Below, one piece after another: positions 46,462 through 55,875 of a DNA stretch of 64,000 bases. The position numbers and the translations under genes were made by a program. Each line of letters opens with the position of its first letter. The stretch's first letter is position 1. The DNA lies in NCBI GenBank assembly GCA_024638505.1, contig JAHEKE010000006.1, positions 35,902 to 99,901 on the forward strand, read 5' to 3'. Source of the stretch: Gammaproteobacteria bacterium (GTDB lineage: Bacteria > Pseudomonadota > Gammaproteobacteria > Arenicellales > JAANXG01). The notes under the pieces are model-generated. The model searched no databases. It was not told the DNA's origin and saw only the letters and a program-made list of their open reading frames with translations.

Positions 46462-47685
46462 GTGGTGGGTGATACCAGCGAATCCGATCGCGCTTATCCG
46501 CTCATTGATTCCCTGGCCGACTGGCTGGTCAATCAAGCGCTGCGAGACGTTCCCTTGCGGGGAATATTTGAAGGCACCTGCAAGCAGCTCTATGCTGCCG
46601 GGATTCCAGTGGCACGTTGCCACATCACATATCGCGTATTACACCCACTGTTCCAAGCCCAGTCATTAACTTGGGAGCGGAATAAAGAAGTGGCAAACGA
46701 TAACTATCTGCATGGTGACAATGCGGAGCAGTGGGTCAAGAGTCCGCTGCACTACATGCTGCTGCATAATCTGACCTTTTTACGAAGGCACTTGGTCGGT
46801 GATTCCGCCATGTTGGATTTCGATTTCCTGCGTAATTTGCGAGACAGGGGATACACCGATTACTTAGCGTTCATGGTGCCATTCAACGAGTATGATGACA
46901 TGGAGCGAGCCAACGGGATAATTGGATCGTGGTCTACCGATCGCACCGGCGGCTTTAGCAACTCAGACATTCATTTCTTGAAACGAATAGAACAGCGGCT
47001 GGCTGTTGCGTTCAAAATGAATATTCAGTCGCAGGTAACGAAAAATATATTGTCCGCCTATCTCGGCCCAGGCGCCGGGGAGCGCGTGTTGAGCGGGCAG
47101 ATTAAACGTGGAGATGGTGAGGCAATCCATGCGGTAATCTGGTACAGCGATATGCGTAATTCAACCGGCCTGGCTGAAGCCATGTCCAGCCAGGCTTTTT
47201 TGCAAGTGCTCAACTTGTATTTCGAAACCACTGCTGGCGCAGTACTTGAATGCGGTGGAGAGGTATTGCGTTTTATTGGAGATGCCGTGCTGGCGATTTT
47301 TCCCATCGGTGAGATTGACGATGCTAACAGCGCGTGTGAGCGGGCGATGAAAGCAGCGGTGATGGCGCAGACAAAGCTTGCGGCGGTGAATGAGCAAAGA
47401 ATATCTCGCGCTGAGGAACCGCTTGATTTTGGTCTTGGTCTGCACATTGGTGAGGTGTTGTTCGGCAATATCGGTGTGCCGCAGCGAGTTGAGTTTAGCG
47501 TAATTGGGTCTGCCGCTAATGTCGTAGCTAGGCTGGAGGCATTGACGAAATCGTTGCAATGCAGAATTCTGGTAACCGAGCATTTCGCTAAGCAGCTGAG
47601 GCTTGACTGGGTGGATGCGGGACGACATGCGCTGCGCGGCGTGGGACGTAAGATAGCGATCTACGCACCGCCGGTGAAGGTTTAA
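46462..47685 (+). CDS. Class III adenylate/guanylate cyclase with an uncharacterised ~200-aa N-terminal domain
   Basis: GTG start. Cyclase homology domain motifs VIWYSDMRNST, RFIGDAVLAIF and GLHIGEVLFGNIG. Confidence 0.85.
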   Translation: MVGDTSESDRAYPLIDSLADWLVNQALRDVPLRGIFEGTCKQLYAAGIPVARCHITYRVLHPLFQAQSLTWERNKEVANDNYLHGDNAEQWVKSPLHYMLLHNLTFLRRHLVGDSAMLDFDFLRNLRDRGYTDYLAFMVPFNEYDDMERANGIIGSWSTDRTGGFSNSDIHFLKRIEQRLAVAFKMNIQSQVTKNILSAYLGPGAGERVLSGQIKRGDGEAIHAVIWYSDMRNSTGLAEAMSSQAFLQVLNLYFETTAGAVLECGGEVLRFIGDAVLAIFPIGEIDDANSACERAMKAAVMAQTKLAAVNEQRISRAEEPLDFGLGLHIGEVLFGNIGVPQRVEFSVIGSAANVVARLEALTKSLQCRILVTEHFAKQLRLDWVDAGRHALRGVGRKIAIYAPPVKV

Positions 47686-47701
47686 ACCATCGCGGCAACT
47701 G

Positions 47702-48163
47702 ATGCAGCATAAGGCTTATAAAGTTGTGCGGGCCGTGGCAAAGGATGCTGGAGCCATTGCCGTTCTGTTTGACCTGTATCGACAGTTTTACGATCAGAGG
47801 CCGGATCTTTTGAGATGCGAGCGCTTCATTCAAGATCGAATAATGCGCTCTGAATCAGTAATTTTCATGGCCACTGCGGGCGGGTTGAATGAGCCGTTGG
47901 GTTTCACCCAGATGTACCCGACTTTTTGCTCGGTGGCCGCCGATAGAATATTCGTGCTCTATGATTTGTTCGTGTGTGAAAAAGCGCGTGGCAAAGGCAT
48001 AGGTCGGCAGCTGATGCAGGCGGCGGAGAGGCATGCGCGGCAGGTGGGCGCGGTCAGAATCCAGCTCGAGACCCATCATAGCAACACCAATGCGCAGCGG
48101 TTATATGAGGGGCTGGGTTATCAGAAAGACGAGGAGTTTTTCAGTTATAGCCTGTCGCTTTAG
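47702..48163 (+). CDS. GNAT family N-acetyltransferase
   Basis: 153 aa. Acetyl-CoA binding motif ARGKGIGRQLM and the C-terminal NTNAQRLYEGLGY. Confidence 0.85.
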   Translation: MQHKAYKVVRAVAKDAGAIAVLFDLYRQFYDQRPDLLRCERFIQDRIMRSESVIFMATAGGLNEPLGFTQMYPTFCSVAADRIFVLYDLFVCEKARGKGIGRQLMQAAERHARQVGAVRIQLETHHSNTNAQRLYEGLGYQKDEEFFSYSLSL

Positions 48164-49712
48164 CCGTTGGTTTTGCCGGCGCGATTTCACAAGACTGTAC
48201 GAATCCGGGATCAACCGAAACGATTCCAAACCAGACAAAATAGCGGGTGGAAAGGATGACCTTGCCTGGCTCAAAGCAGGCATAACCTCCGGCGCGCTGC
48301 ACATAAATTCTTTCACCCGGTGTATAAAATCTGCGGTTGATAATCAGGGACGGGCCGCGTTCGTCACCTGTTTTTTGCATCAGCCAGATTGCAGGTATCG
48401 GAGAAAAACGACGCTCGTTTTTTTCATCAAAACTGATAGTGACGGGGTACGCTTCGTCTGTAAACTTGTGCACGCCGATAGTAAAACGATTGTCGATATC
48501 AGTCTGTCCCCAACGGATCATGCCAACACACCAGGCGTTCTCATGCTGACCCTTCATGGCAATCAATTCGCCGATGCGTACACGCGCTCCATTTTCTTGT
48601 TCAAGGCAGATGCGTGCGCCTGACGCACTCTCGTCGACCAGCTGCAGTCCCCGATGAACACGGAACTCGTGGTTGCGATTACGCTGCGCAGAACTTAACA
48701 AAGCAGTGATCGAGCTCAGGCTGGTGACCAGTTCGCACATAGCATTGAGGTGTCTCCGCTCCGCATGCCTGTCTGCATGGACGCCCCAACTGACAATGAG
48801 CGTCTTTAGCATCTCCCGGGTTTGCAGGTCCGCGTGCGGATGCAGTCTGCCGTTCCTGGCTTCAATATCAGCGTACGTGTTCAGATCCAGGTTGAGTACA
48901 TCAACCAGCTGAGAGGTGTCGAGATAGAGAGTGTCCACCCCCAGTGAAAGTTTGGGCAGGATTGGCACAGCTGGCCGGTCTGTCTGCGGATTGATCAGAA
49001 ACAAAAACTTATCGCCGGTGGGTTTGCCCTTACGCAGGTGGGCCAGCTTGGCCCAATCATCCAGGTCATCGAATACGCCGTTAATGACGCTGAACGGGAA
49101 TTGATAAGGATCACAGATACCGAATAGCAGCATTCGTTTATAAACATGCCTAATGTGGCGTTGTTTGGCGTCGTCACGTACTGGATTGCGGGTCAGTTCA
49201 TACGTCAGAGCATGCTGATAAATCTCATGGATCTGCAGCCAGATGTCCGCTGGTTCGCGCGTGTAAGCGCAGAAAGCGCACCTCACTCTGTCACCCATGA
49301 AGCGAATTGCCCAATAACATGCCTGAGTTATCAGCTTCAGGTCCTCCCAGTTTTGTTCGAATCCTTTCGGGGCTTGACGTATGATTCGCTGGCAGACGGC
49401 CGCTAAATCAGCATAAAGCTGGCCACACTGTAAATAAAATTGAGCATCTTCCGCATTAGGCGGCAGCAACAATCCCACCAGCCGTTTGTTCAGGCTTAAG
49501 CGCAGACGTTCGATCCGTCCGCGGTTCGCCAGCACACAGTCAAGCTGGGCAGCGTGACTCTTGGCGGCATGATTAATCTTTGCAACGGTTGCCGACAGCG
49601 TTTCCAACTGTTCCAGCGTGTGCGGTGAGGCAGCCTCCGACCCGGATGTCAACGCTTCTATCTGCTGCTTTGTTACTGCAGGTCCCCGCGGTCCCGCGTT
49701 CTTTAACGGCAA
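48141..49712 (-). CDS. Hypothetical protein with a possible PilZ-like C-terminal beta-barrel
   Basis: TTG start with a good SD (AGGGGGA, 7 nt upstream). DESASG fits the PilZ D/NxSxxG motif, but the upstream RxxxR element is not canonical (RNRNHEFRVHR). The 3' end overlaps the convergent GNAT gene by 23 nt. Confidence 0.5.
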   Translation of the reverse strand: MPLKNAGPRGPAVTKQQIEALTSGSEAASPHTLEQLETLSATVAKINHAAKSHAAQLDCVLANRGRIERLRLSLNKRLVGLLLPPNAEDAQFYLQCGQLYADLAAVCQRIIRQAPKGFEQNWEDLKLITQACYWAIRFMGDRVRCAFCAYTREPADIWLQIHEIYQHALTYELTRNPVRDDAKQRHIRHVYKRMLLFGICDPYQFPFSVINGVFDDLDDWAKLAHLRKGKPTGDKFLFLINPQTDRPAVPILPKLSLGVDTLYLDTSQLVDVLNLDLNTYADIEARNGRLHPHADLQTREMLKTLIVSWGVHADRHAERRHLNAMCELVTSLSSITALLSSAQRNRNHEFRVHRGLQLVDESASGARICLEQENGARVRIGELIAMKGQHENAWCVGMIRWGQTDIDNRFTIGVHKFTDEAYPVTISFDEKNERRFSPIPAIWLMQKTGDERGPSLIINRRFYTPGERIYVQRAGGYACFEPGKVILSTRYFVWFGIVSVDPGFVQSCEIAPAKPTAKATGYN

Positions 49713-50194
49713 GTATCATTCCCCCTTAGATCTTCCTCCGCTTCAAGATTACCTGGGTGGAAGACATTTGTCACTCGGCTTAGCTGAGGCACTACGAAAC
49801 TGCGGGCTTTTTCAACAGGCCTAGACGCTTGCTACAGGTCAGTTTTTTCGTCGAACAGTTAAAATGCGTTGGGATTAGCCGCGGCCTCTTTCGACTAAAT
49901 GCTTAACGCACGCGCATTACGTGCCAGACGGTACCCATAACCTCGTTTATGCGTTTACAATCTGCAGCAGAAACTGACCGCCAGCAAAACGCCATTTATG
50001 CAGACTGGGGTCGTCCACGGCGTGAACTTCCCGCTTTAAGTTGACGGCGCATAATCGCGATACGGGTAGGATCTATTGCTGGCATCACCCGAGCATTAAA
50101 AGAAAGCGCGCTTTAAGGATCAAGGTATGAATGATACATACGCGACCGTGACCCCTACTGCTGCAGCATCAGTGCCGCCTGCCTCGCTGACAAC

Positions 50195-50626
50195 ATGACG
50201 CAAACGATAATTGAAGGCGGTTGTTCCTGCGGAGCGGTTCGCTACCAGGCAAAATCCAATCCGATCAGAGGGGTAATATGTCACTGCTCTATGTGCAGAA
50301 AGCATTCTGGAGCACCACTGTTGTCTTTTTTTCATTTTCCGATCGACTCTTTTTCCTGGGTGCGGGGTGAGCCTGCGCGCTACCGAACCTCCAAATACGC
50401 TGAGCGTGGGTTCTGTGCGAAATGTGGCAGTACTCTAAGCATGCATGAAGAGGTACTGGCAGACCGGGTACAGATTACTGCAGGCAGCCTGGATCACCCA
50501 CAGCAGTTTTCTCCCGATGACCATGTCTGGGTGGAAGACCAGCTTCCATGGGTAAAAATATCTGACGATCTGCCCAAATTCAGGCAGAGCAGCCCAGCCG
50601 TTGCCACTAAGGCTGCAGAGGAATGA
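50195..50626 (+). CDS. GFA/CENP-V family Cys-rich zinc protein
   Basis: CSCG..RY...CHCS.CRK...C..CG pattern of the glutathione-dependent formaldehyde-activating (GFA) fold. Confidence 0.85.
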   Translation: MTQTIIEGGCSCGAVRYQAKSNPIRGVICHCSMCRKHSGAPLLSFFHFPIDSFSWVRGEPARYRTSKYAERGFCAKCGSTLSMHEEVLADRVQITAGSLDHPQQFSPDDHVWVEDQLPWVKISDDLPKFRQSSPAVATKAAEE

Positions 50627-50678
50627 GGATCATTTTTGCCGCCCCTGCTCAGTGCACACCCAGTGCGTTAAAGTCAAC

Positions 50679-52985
50679 ATGAGCCTGATGCCTGACATAT
50701 CCAGAGATGAACCAGCGCGGGAGCAGATCGTGCAACTGCTGCAGGAGGAGTATGGGGTGAGCGGCAGCCTCTCCCGGCTTGCGGGAGAGAACATTAATTA
50801 CCTAATCCACTCTGACAAGAACAGATATGTTCTCAAGCTCGCATCCCGCGAGCGGAGCAACCTGGTGCTCGACATGGAGCATAGGGCAGAAAAATTTGTG
50901 CTCGACTCGGATTTGGAATTGCAGGTGCCCCGGACCATCAAGACACGGACCGGAAAAATTTTCGCTGAATTGGCCATTTGTCCCGACACCACACTGCGAG
51001 CACGACTACTGCGTTTTCTTGCTGGCACGCCCTGGGATGAACTTGAGCAGACCAGTAATGAACTGCTTATGCACCTCGGCGAAACGCTGGCCAGACTAGA
51101 TCTTGAGCTATCGAACTTTACTCATCCCGCCATGCACCGCACGCATCAGTGGGATTTGACCGCGCTGTCGCAGCACAGATGCAAGGTAAGTTTAGTCGCC
51201 AATGACCGACAGCGCCGCATACTGGAGTGGATGCTTCATCGCTGCGCGGCGGAGCTGAAGCTGCGCTTACCTAGCTTGCCCAAGTCGTTTATCCATAACG
51301 ACGCAAACGACGAGAATCTGCTGGTCGAAGGCGATAGGGTAGTCGGGCTGCTCGATTTTGGTGACAGCCTGTATAGCCCTGTGGTCTGTGATCTGGCCAT
51401 CACCCTCGCCTATGTGATGTTGGGTCAGGATGAGCCGTTGGCGGCGGGCTCTGCAGTCGTTGCGGGCTATCATCGCTTGCGTGCTCTCACCGAAGATGAG
51501 CAATGGGCGCTGTTTCCGCTGGCCTGCGGCCGTTTAGCGAATACCCTTGCCGTGGCGGTGGACCGCCGCAAGCAGGACCCCGATCACCCAAACTGGTTTG
51601 TGACAGAACAGCGGGCGTGGGAACTGATTGACCGGCTGTACGAGATTGATCCAGTCGATGCTGCCATCCGTCTTAACGTCAATTTGAACCCGCCGGGCGG
51701 GGCATCGACGCAAGAACTGCTTGAACAACGTCGCAGGTATATCGGCCCATCGCTGTCTGTCGCCTACCGGGAGCCATTGAAAATGATTCGCGGCCGCGGA
51801 CAATATCTATTTGATCATCGCGGGCGAGCCTATCTTGACCTGGTCAACAACATTTGTCATGTGGGGCACTGCCATCCCCGCGTGGTTGAGGCGGGGCAAA
51901 AACAGATGGCGCGGCTGAATACCAATACGCGCTACCTGTACGACGAGTTAACGCAATATGCGGCCAGGATATGTTCAACGCTGCCGCGTCAATTGAACAC
52001 CTGTTTTTTTGTCAATTCCGGCAGTGAGGCCAATGAACTTGCTCTGCGTCTGGCGCGAATACATACAGGTCGCGAAAACTTTCTAGTGGTGGACGGCGCA
52101 TATCATGGTAATACCAGCGGGCTGGTAAGTATCAGTCCCTATAAGTTCATGGGACCCGGCGGATCGCATCGGGAGGAGCCATGGGTTCACATGGTGCCGA
52201 TGGCAGACGGTTATCGGGGCAGGTTTAAAGGTCAAACGGCGGAGACCGGCAGGGCCTATGCGCATGAAGTGAGCCGAGTTGCGCATCGTGTCGATGGCGG
52301 GATCGCGGCGTTTATCACCGAGCCTATCTGGTCCTGCGGCGGCCAGGTTGTGCCACCTGATGCTTACGTTAAAAATGCTTTCGAACACGTTAGAGAAGCC
52401 GGTGGTTTGTGCATCGTGGACGAAGTCCAGGTAGGGTTTGGCCGGGTTGGACGGTGTTTCTGGGGATTTCAGCTGCACAGAGTCGTCCCAGATATTGTCG
52501 TCATGGGCAAACCCATGGGTAACGGGCATCCCCTGGCAGCTGTCGTCACCAGCAGGGAAATCGCCGCATCTTTTGATACGGGTATGGAGTTTTTCAGCAG
52601 TTTCGGTGGCAATCCGGTCTCCTGCGCAATCGGCATAGCGGTGCTTGATGTTATCGAGAGTGAGTCGCTGCAGGATCATGCGCGCACATTGGGCGACTAT
52701 TTTTTAAACGGGCTGCGCACTCTCGCCGAATCTCATGACATTATTGGTGACGTGCGCGGTGCAGGATTGTTTATTGGGGCGGAACTGGTTAAGGATCGAC
52801 AGTCACTGATACCGGCGACAGAGGAGGCGTGCCTGATCGTAAACAGCATGAAAGATCGCGGCGTCTTGCTGAGCACAGACGGAGCGCAGGAGAATGTTTT
52901 GAAAATAAAACCGCCGATGGTAATTACCGAGGCGGACGTAGCCATGGTCCTGAGGTGCTTGGACGACGTGCTGCGCGGGCTGTAG
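50679..52985 (+). CDS. Fusion protein: APH/hydroxylysine-kinase-like phosphotransferase + class III aminotransferase-fold (phospho-lyase-like) domain
   Basis: The N-half has kinase motifs [10 protein letters not shown] (HxDxxxxN) and LLDFGDS. The C-half has [21 protein letters not shown] and [14 protein letters not shown], very close to the human ETNPPL/PHYKPL Lys-PLP region as recalled. Start moved to the ATG at 50679. Confidence 0.82.
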   Translation: MSLMPDISRDEPAREQIVQLLQEEYGVSGSLSRLAGENINYLIHSDKNRYVLKLASRERSNLVLDMEHRAEKFVLDSDLELQVPRTIKTRTGKIFAELAICPDTTLRARLLRFLAGTPWDELEQTSNELLMHLGETLARLDLELSNFTHPAMHRTHQWDLTALSQHRCKVSLVANDRQRRILEWMLHRCAAELKLRLPSLPKSFIHNDANDENLLVEGDRVVGLLDFGDSLYSPVVCDLAITLAYVMLGQDEPLAAGSAVVAGYHRLRALTEDEQWALFPLACGRLANTLAVAVDRRKQDPDHPNWFVTEQRAWELIDRLYEIDPVDAAIRLNVNLNPPGGASTQELLEQRRRYIGPSLSVAYREPLKMIRGRGQYLFDHRGRAYLDLVNNICHVGHCHPRVVEAGQKQMARLNTNTRYLYDELTQYAARICSTLPRQLNTCFFVNSGSEANELALRLARIHTGRENFLVVDGAYHGNTSGLVSISPYKFMGPGGSHREEPWVHMVPMADGYRGRFKGQTAETGRAYAHEVSRVAHRVDGGIAAFITEPIWSCGGQVVPPDAYVKNAFEHVREAGGLCIVDEVQVGFGRVGRCFWGFQLHRVVPDIVVMGKPMGNGHPLAAVVTSREIAASFDTGMEFFSSFGGNPVSCAIGIAVLDVIESESLQDHARTLGDYFLNGLRTLAESHDIIGDVRGAGLFIGAELVKDRQSLIPATEEACLIVNSMKDRGVLLSTDGAQENVLKIKPPMVITEADVAMVLRCLDDVLRGL

Positions 52986-53130
52986 CTAGCGCTTGCGGAT
53001 TTCTGCAACAAATAGGCCGCTCCTCCCCGTGCTTGTGAAACATTTTGCCCCGGGTCAATCCGCATACTCAGTACCGCGTGCCCCGGCAGGTTGCGCGGCG
53101 CGCCCGCTGGGCCTGGTTCAGCCTCTTTGC

Positions 53131-54066
53131 TCAGTGTCGGCTGGTAATTGCGGCAGTGCCCGCTGCTGCAGACGCTTTCGTCCGGGGCTGATTGACCAGC
53201 GCTACCCCGCTAAGAATCAGAATCAGTGCTGCAGCCTCCCGTATCCCAGGTTGCTCCGCCAAAATGAGTGCGCCCCAACCGACACCCATCATCGGAATCA
53301 GATAGTTGATTTGGGCGAACGTGGTTGGGCCAAGTGTGCGTATTAATCTGAAATACATCAGGGTCGCTATGCCAGTCGAAAATACACCCAGCACCAAAAG
53401 CGATAACAGCGAGGGCCAGTCGGGACTGAGGTCTAGTGGTTGTTCTGCAACGAGCGCAAGCGGGAGGAGCATCATTGATCCGCACACCAGCGTCGCGACC
53501 GCCATGGGCCTTCCGGTCAGATGGGTGACACGGCGCACGAATATGGTGGTCACGCTGTAGCTTAATGCGGCCGACACTATGGCAATCTGAGCGAAAATTG
53601 TGGCTCCGATCCCATCCAGGGCTTCCCACCCTATCAGTACGATCAATCCGAAAAAACCAATGCTAATACCCAGTGTCCGCCGGCCTGTGAGGGGGTCCGA
53701 CTCAGTAATGAAGTGCGCCATGAGCGCCACCGCAACTGGCATCACACCCATGAGTATTGCCGTGAGGCTGCTGTCTACATATTGTTCTCCCCAGTGGATA
53801 AGGGAGAAAGGCAACGCATTGCCGACAAAGCCGACCACGCAAGCGGCCAACCAGGTTTTCCAGTCGCGAGGCAATAGGTTGCCGCGCAGGAGGCCATAAG
53901 CCGCTAACACCAGGGCAGCCAAGGCGACACGCCCAAACGATAATGTGATTGGCGTAATGGTTTTCACCGCTACCTTGATTAACATGAACGAAGAGCTCCA
54001 GATTGTCGCCAGCAGGAATAGCAGCGCGAGTTCACGTCGATAATTGATGTGCGGTACGGGATTCAA
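53131..54066 (-). CDS. EamA/DMT-superfamily transporter
   Basis: 311 aa, about 10 TM helices and a duplicated EamA-type pattern. Confidence 0.85.
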   Translation of the reverse strand: MNPVPHINYRRELALLFLLATIWSSSFMLIKVAVKTITPITLSFGRVALAALVLAAYGLLRGNLLPRDWKTWLAACVVGFVGNALPFSLIHWGEQYVDSSLTAILMGVMPVAVALMAHFITESDPLTGRRTLGISIGFFGLIVLIGWEALDGIGATIFAQIAIVSAALSYSVTTIFVRRVTHLTGRPMAVATLVCGSMMLLPLALVAEQPLDLSPDWPSLLSLLVLGVFSTGIATLMYFRLIRTLGPTTFAQINYLIPMMGVGWGALILAEQPGIREAAALILILSGVALVNQPRTKASAAAGTAAITSRH

Positions 54067-54204
54067 TTCAACCTAGCGTTGTCGGTGGTGCGCGGCTGGC
54101 CATGCTCCCACAAAGACCGGCTGTGGCGCAATCCATCGTTTTGCCATCGCTTGCGCTTTGGCCCTAAAATCCGCTTTCTGCCATCCATTGATTCCGGGAT
54201 TTGT

Positions 54205-55173
54205 ATGGGGCGAAGCCGAGAATTTACCGATCCGATGACCAGGCCACGCTACACCGGCTTGCCAACGTTCATGCGAGCGCCTTTCGTCAGCGACAGCTGG
54301 GTCGATATAGACATTGGGCTGATCGGCGTGCCGTTTGACGGCGGGGTTACCAACCGAAGCGGTGCGCGGCATGGTCCAAGGGAAATACGCAATCAATCGA
54401 GCCTCATGCGCCGAATGAACCAGGCCAGTAAAATTTCACCGCATGATTTATGCCGCATCGCTGATTTGGGAGACGCCTGGATAGAAAAACCGTTTACGTT
54501 GGAAGGCAGCCATAAAGAGATAGAGCAGTTTTATGATCGGATAGCGGCGGAGCATGTAGTCCCGCTGTCAGCGGGTGGTGATCATTCTATTACTTTGCCT
54601 ATATTCCGCGCCATTGCCCGCGACAAGCCCGTAGGTATGGTGCACTTTGATGCGCATTGCGACACTGGCGATGATTATCTGGGTTCCAAGTTCCACCACG
54701 GGGCACCATTCAGCCGCGCCGTAGAGGAGGGGCTGCTCGATCCGAAACGGACCATACAGATTGGGATTCGTGGTTCTTTGAATGACCCCGACGTTTGGAA
54801 ATTCAGCCACGACAGCGGTATGCGCGTCATATATATGGAAGAGTTCTACGAGCTGGGCCCGAAGAAGGTTGTGCAAGAAGCACGTAAGGTAGTTGGTGAT
54901 GGGCCTACTTACATAAGTTTTGACGTGGATGGGTTGGATCCGGTATACGCGCCGGGCACCGGAACCCCCGAGGTTGGCGGCTTTACAACTCTTGAGGCGC
55001 AGATGATGATCAGAGGACTGCAGGGATTGAATCTGGTTGGGGGTGACGTGGTGGAGGTTGCACCCCCTTTCGACCCGTCGGGTAATACCGCGCTGGTAGG
55101 CGCAACGATGATGTTTGAGATCTTGTGCGTGCTGGCAGACGCCATCGCTAAGCGCGCGGGTCACGGCGATTAG
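54205..55173 (+). CDS. Ureohydrolase (agmatinase / guanidino-acid hydrolase family)
   Basis: Mn-binding blocks GGDHSIT, VHFDAHCDT and SFDVDGLDP. Start moved to the ATG at 54205 because the longer ORF overlaps the DMT gene. Confidence 0.88.
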   Translation: MGRSREFTDPMTRPRYTGLPTFMRAPFVSDSWVDIDIGLIGVPFDGGVTNRSGARHGPREIRNQSSLMRRMNQASKISPHDLCRIADLGDAWIEKPFTLEGSHKEIEQFYDRIAAEHVVPLSAGGDHSITLPIFRAIARDKPVGMVHFDAHCDTGDDYLGSKFHHGAPFSRAVEEGLLDPKRTIQIGIRGSLNDPDVWKFSHDSGMRVIYMEEFYELGPKKVVQEARKVVGDGPTYISFDVDGLDPVYAPGTGTPEVGGFTTLEAQMMIRGLQGLNLVGGDVVEVAPPFDPSGNTALVGATMMFEILCVLADAIAKRAGHGD

Positions 55174-55269
55174 TGGTCGGTTAAGGTCCCGGGTAGTGGG
55201 CTGCGCTGGTGCAGTTGGAGACAATTGACACGCCTTTGCTTTAACAATCTTTATTAAAAGAGAGGCTCG

Positions 55270-55842
55270 ATGTCTGCAGTCATTGCATTTTCCGGAAGCA
55301 TTAGAAAAAACTCTTTTAACAAGAAGTTAATCAGCATTGCGGCCGCAGGGGCCCGTCGCGCAGGTGCGACGGTTTCGCTGATTGACCTCAGTGATTTTCC
55401 GATGCCGATATACAACGGTGATTTGGAGGCACGCGAGGGTATCCCTGAAAAAGGACGCGCTTTTAAGAAACTGCTGGTTGAGCATGACGGGATTTTAATT
55501 TCTTCTCCAGAATACAACGGAGCTTTCAGCCCGCTGCTAAAAAATGCCCTGGACTGGGCCTCCAGGTCGGAACCGGATGACAGTTCACCGCTCGCGGCGT
55601 ATCAAAACAAAGTCGCCGTAATCATGTCTGCCTCACCGGGCGGTTTAGGCGGATTGCGTGGATTAGCACATTTACGTATGTTACTGACTACTCTGGGAGT
55701 ATTGGTGCTGCCCAAGCAGCAAGCGGTAAGCCGGGCTAACCATGCTTTCGACGAGAACGGGGCGCTGATTGACGATAAAATGCAAAAACAAATCGAGCAG
55801 CTGGGGGCCCAGCTGGTGGCGACGCTTGATAAGCTCAGTTGA
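55270..55842 (+). CDS. NAD(P)H-dependent FMN reductase family protein
   Basis: GSIRKNSFNKKL N-terminal flavodoxin-like motif and ISSPEYNG. Confidence 0.85.
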   Translation: MSAVIAFSGSIRKNSFNKKLISIAAAGARRAGATVSLIDLSDFPMPIYNGDLEAREGIPEKGRAFKKLLVEHDGILISSPEYNGAFSPLLKNALDWASRSEPDDSSPLAAYQNKVAVIMSASPGGLGGLRGLAHLRMLLTTLGVLVLPKQQAVSRANHAFDENGALIDDKMQKQIEQLGAQLVATLDKLS

Positions 55843-55875
55843 AAAGATCAGGCGGTCGCGAACAATAGGGTCGGT

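Noticed and set aside
46462-47685. Idea that the class III cyclase is a Pycsar/CBASS-like anti-phage cyclase
   Set aside because: No adjacent effector with a cyclic-nucleotide-binding, TIR or TM-toxin domain. The neighbour is a plain GNAT. The cyclase has a large N-terminal sensor-like domain typical of housekeeping signalling cyclases.
54067-54204. Possible guanidine riboswitch upstream of the agmatinase-family gene
   Set aside because: I could not find the ACGR-loop hairpin pair (guanidine-II) or the ykkC/guanidine-III conserved cores. An Rfam scan would be needed to exclude it formally.
54568-55224. Long antisense ORFs inside well-supported genes (this 218-aa one; also 52083-52679, 45864-46412, 17975-18577, 27721-28215, 28489-28983, 20931-21470 and 23245-23718)
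   Set aside because: All lie opposite genes with clear family motifs or better protein-like composition. They have the Arg/His/Ser-rich, low-complexity composition typical of shadow ORFs in moderately GC-rich DNA.
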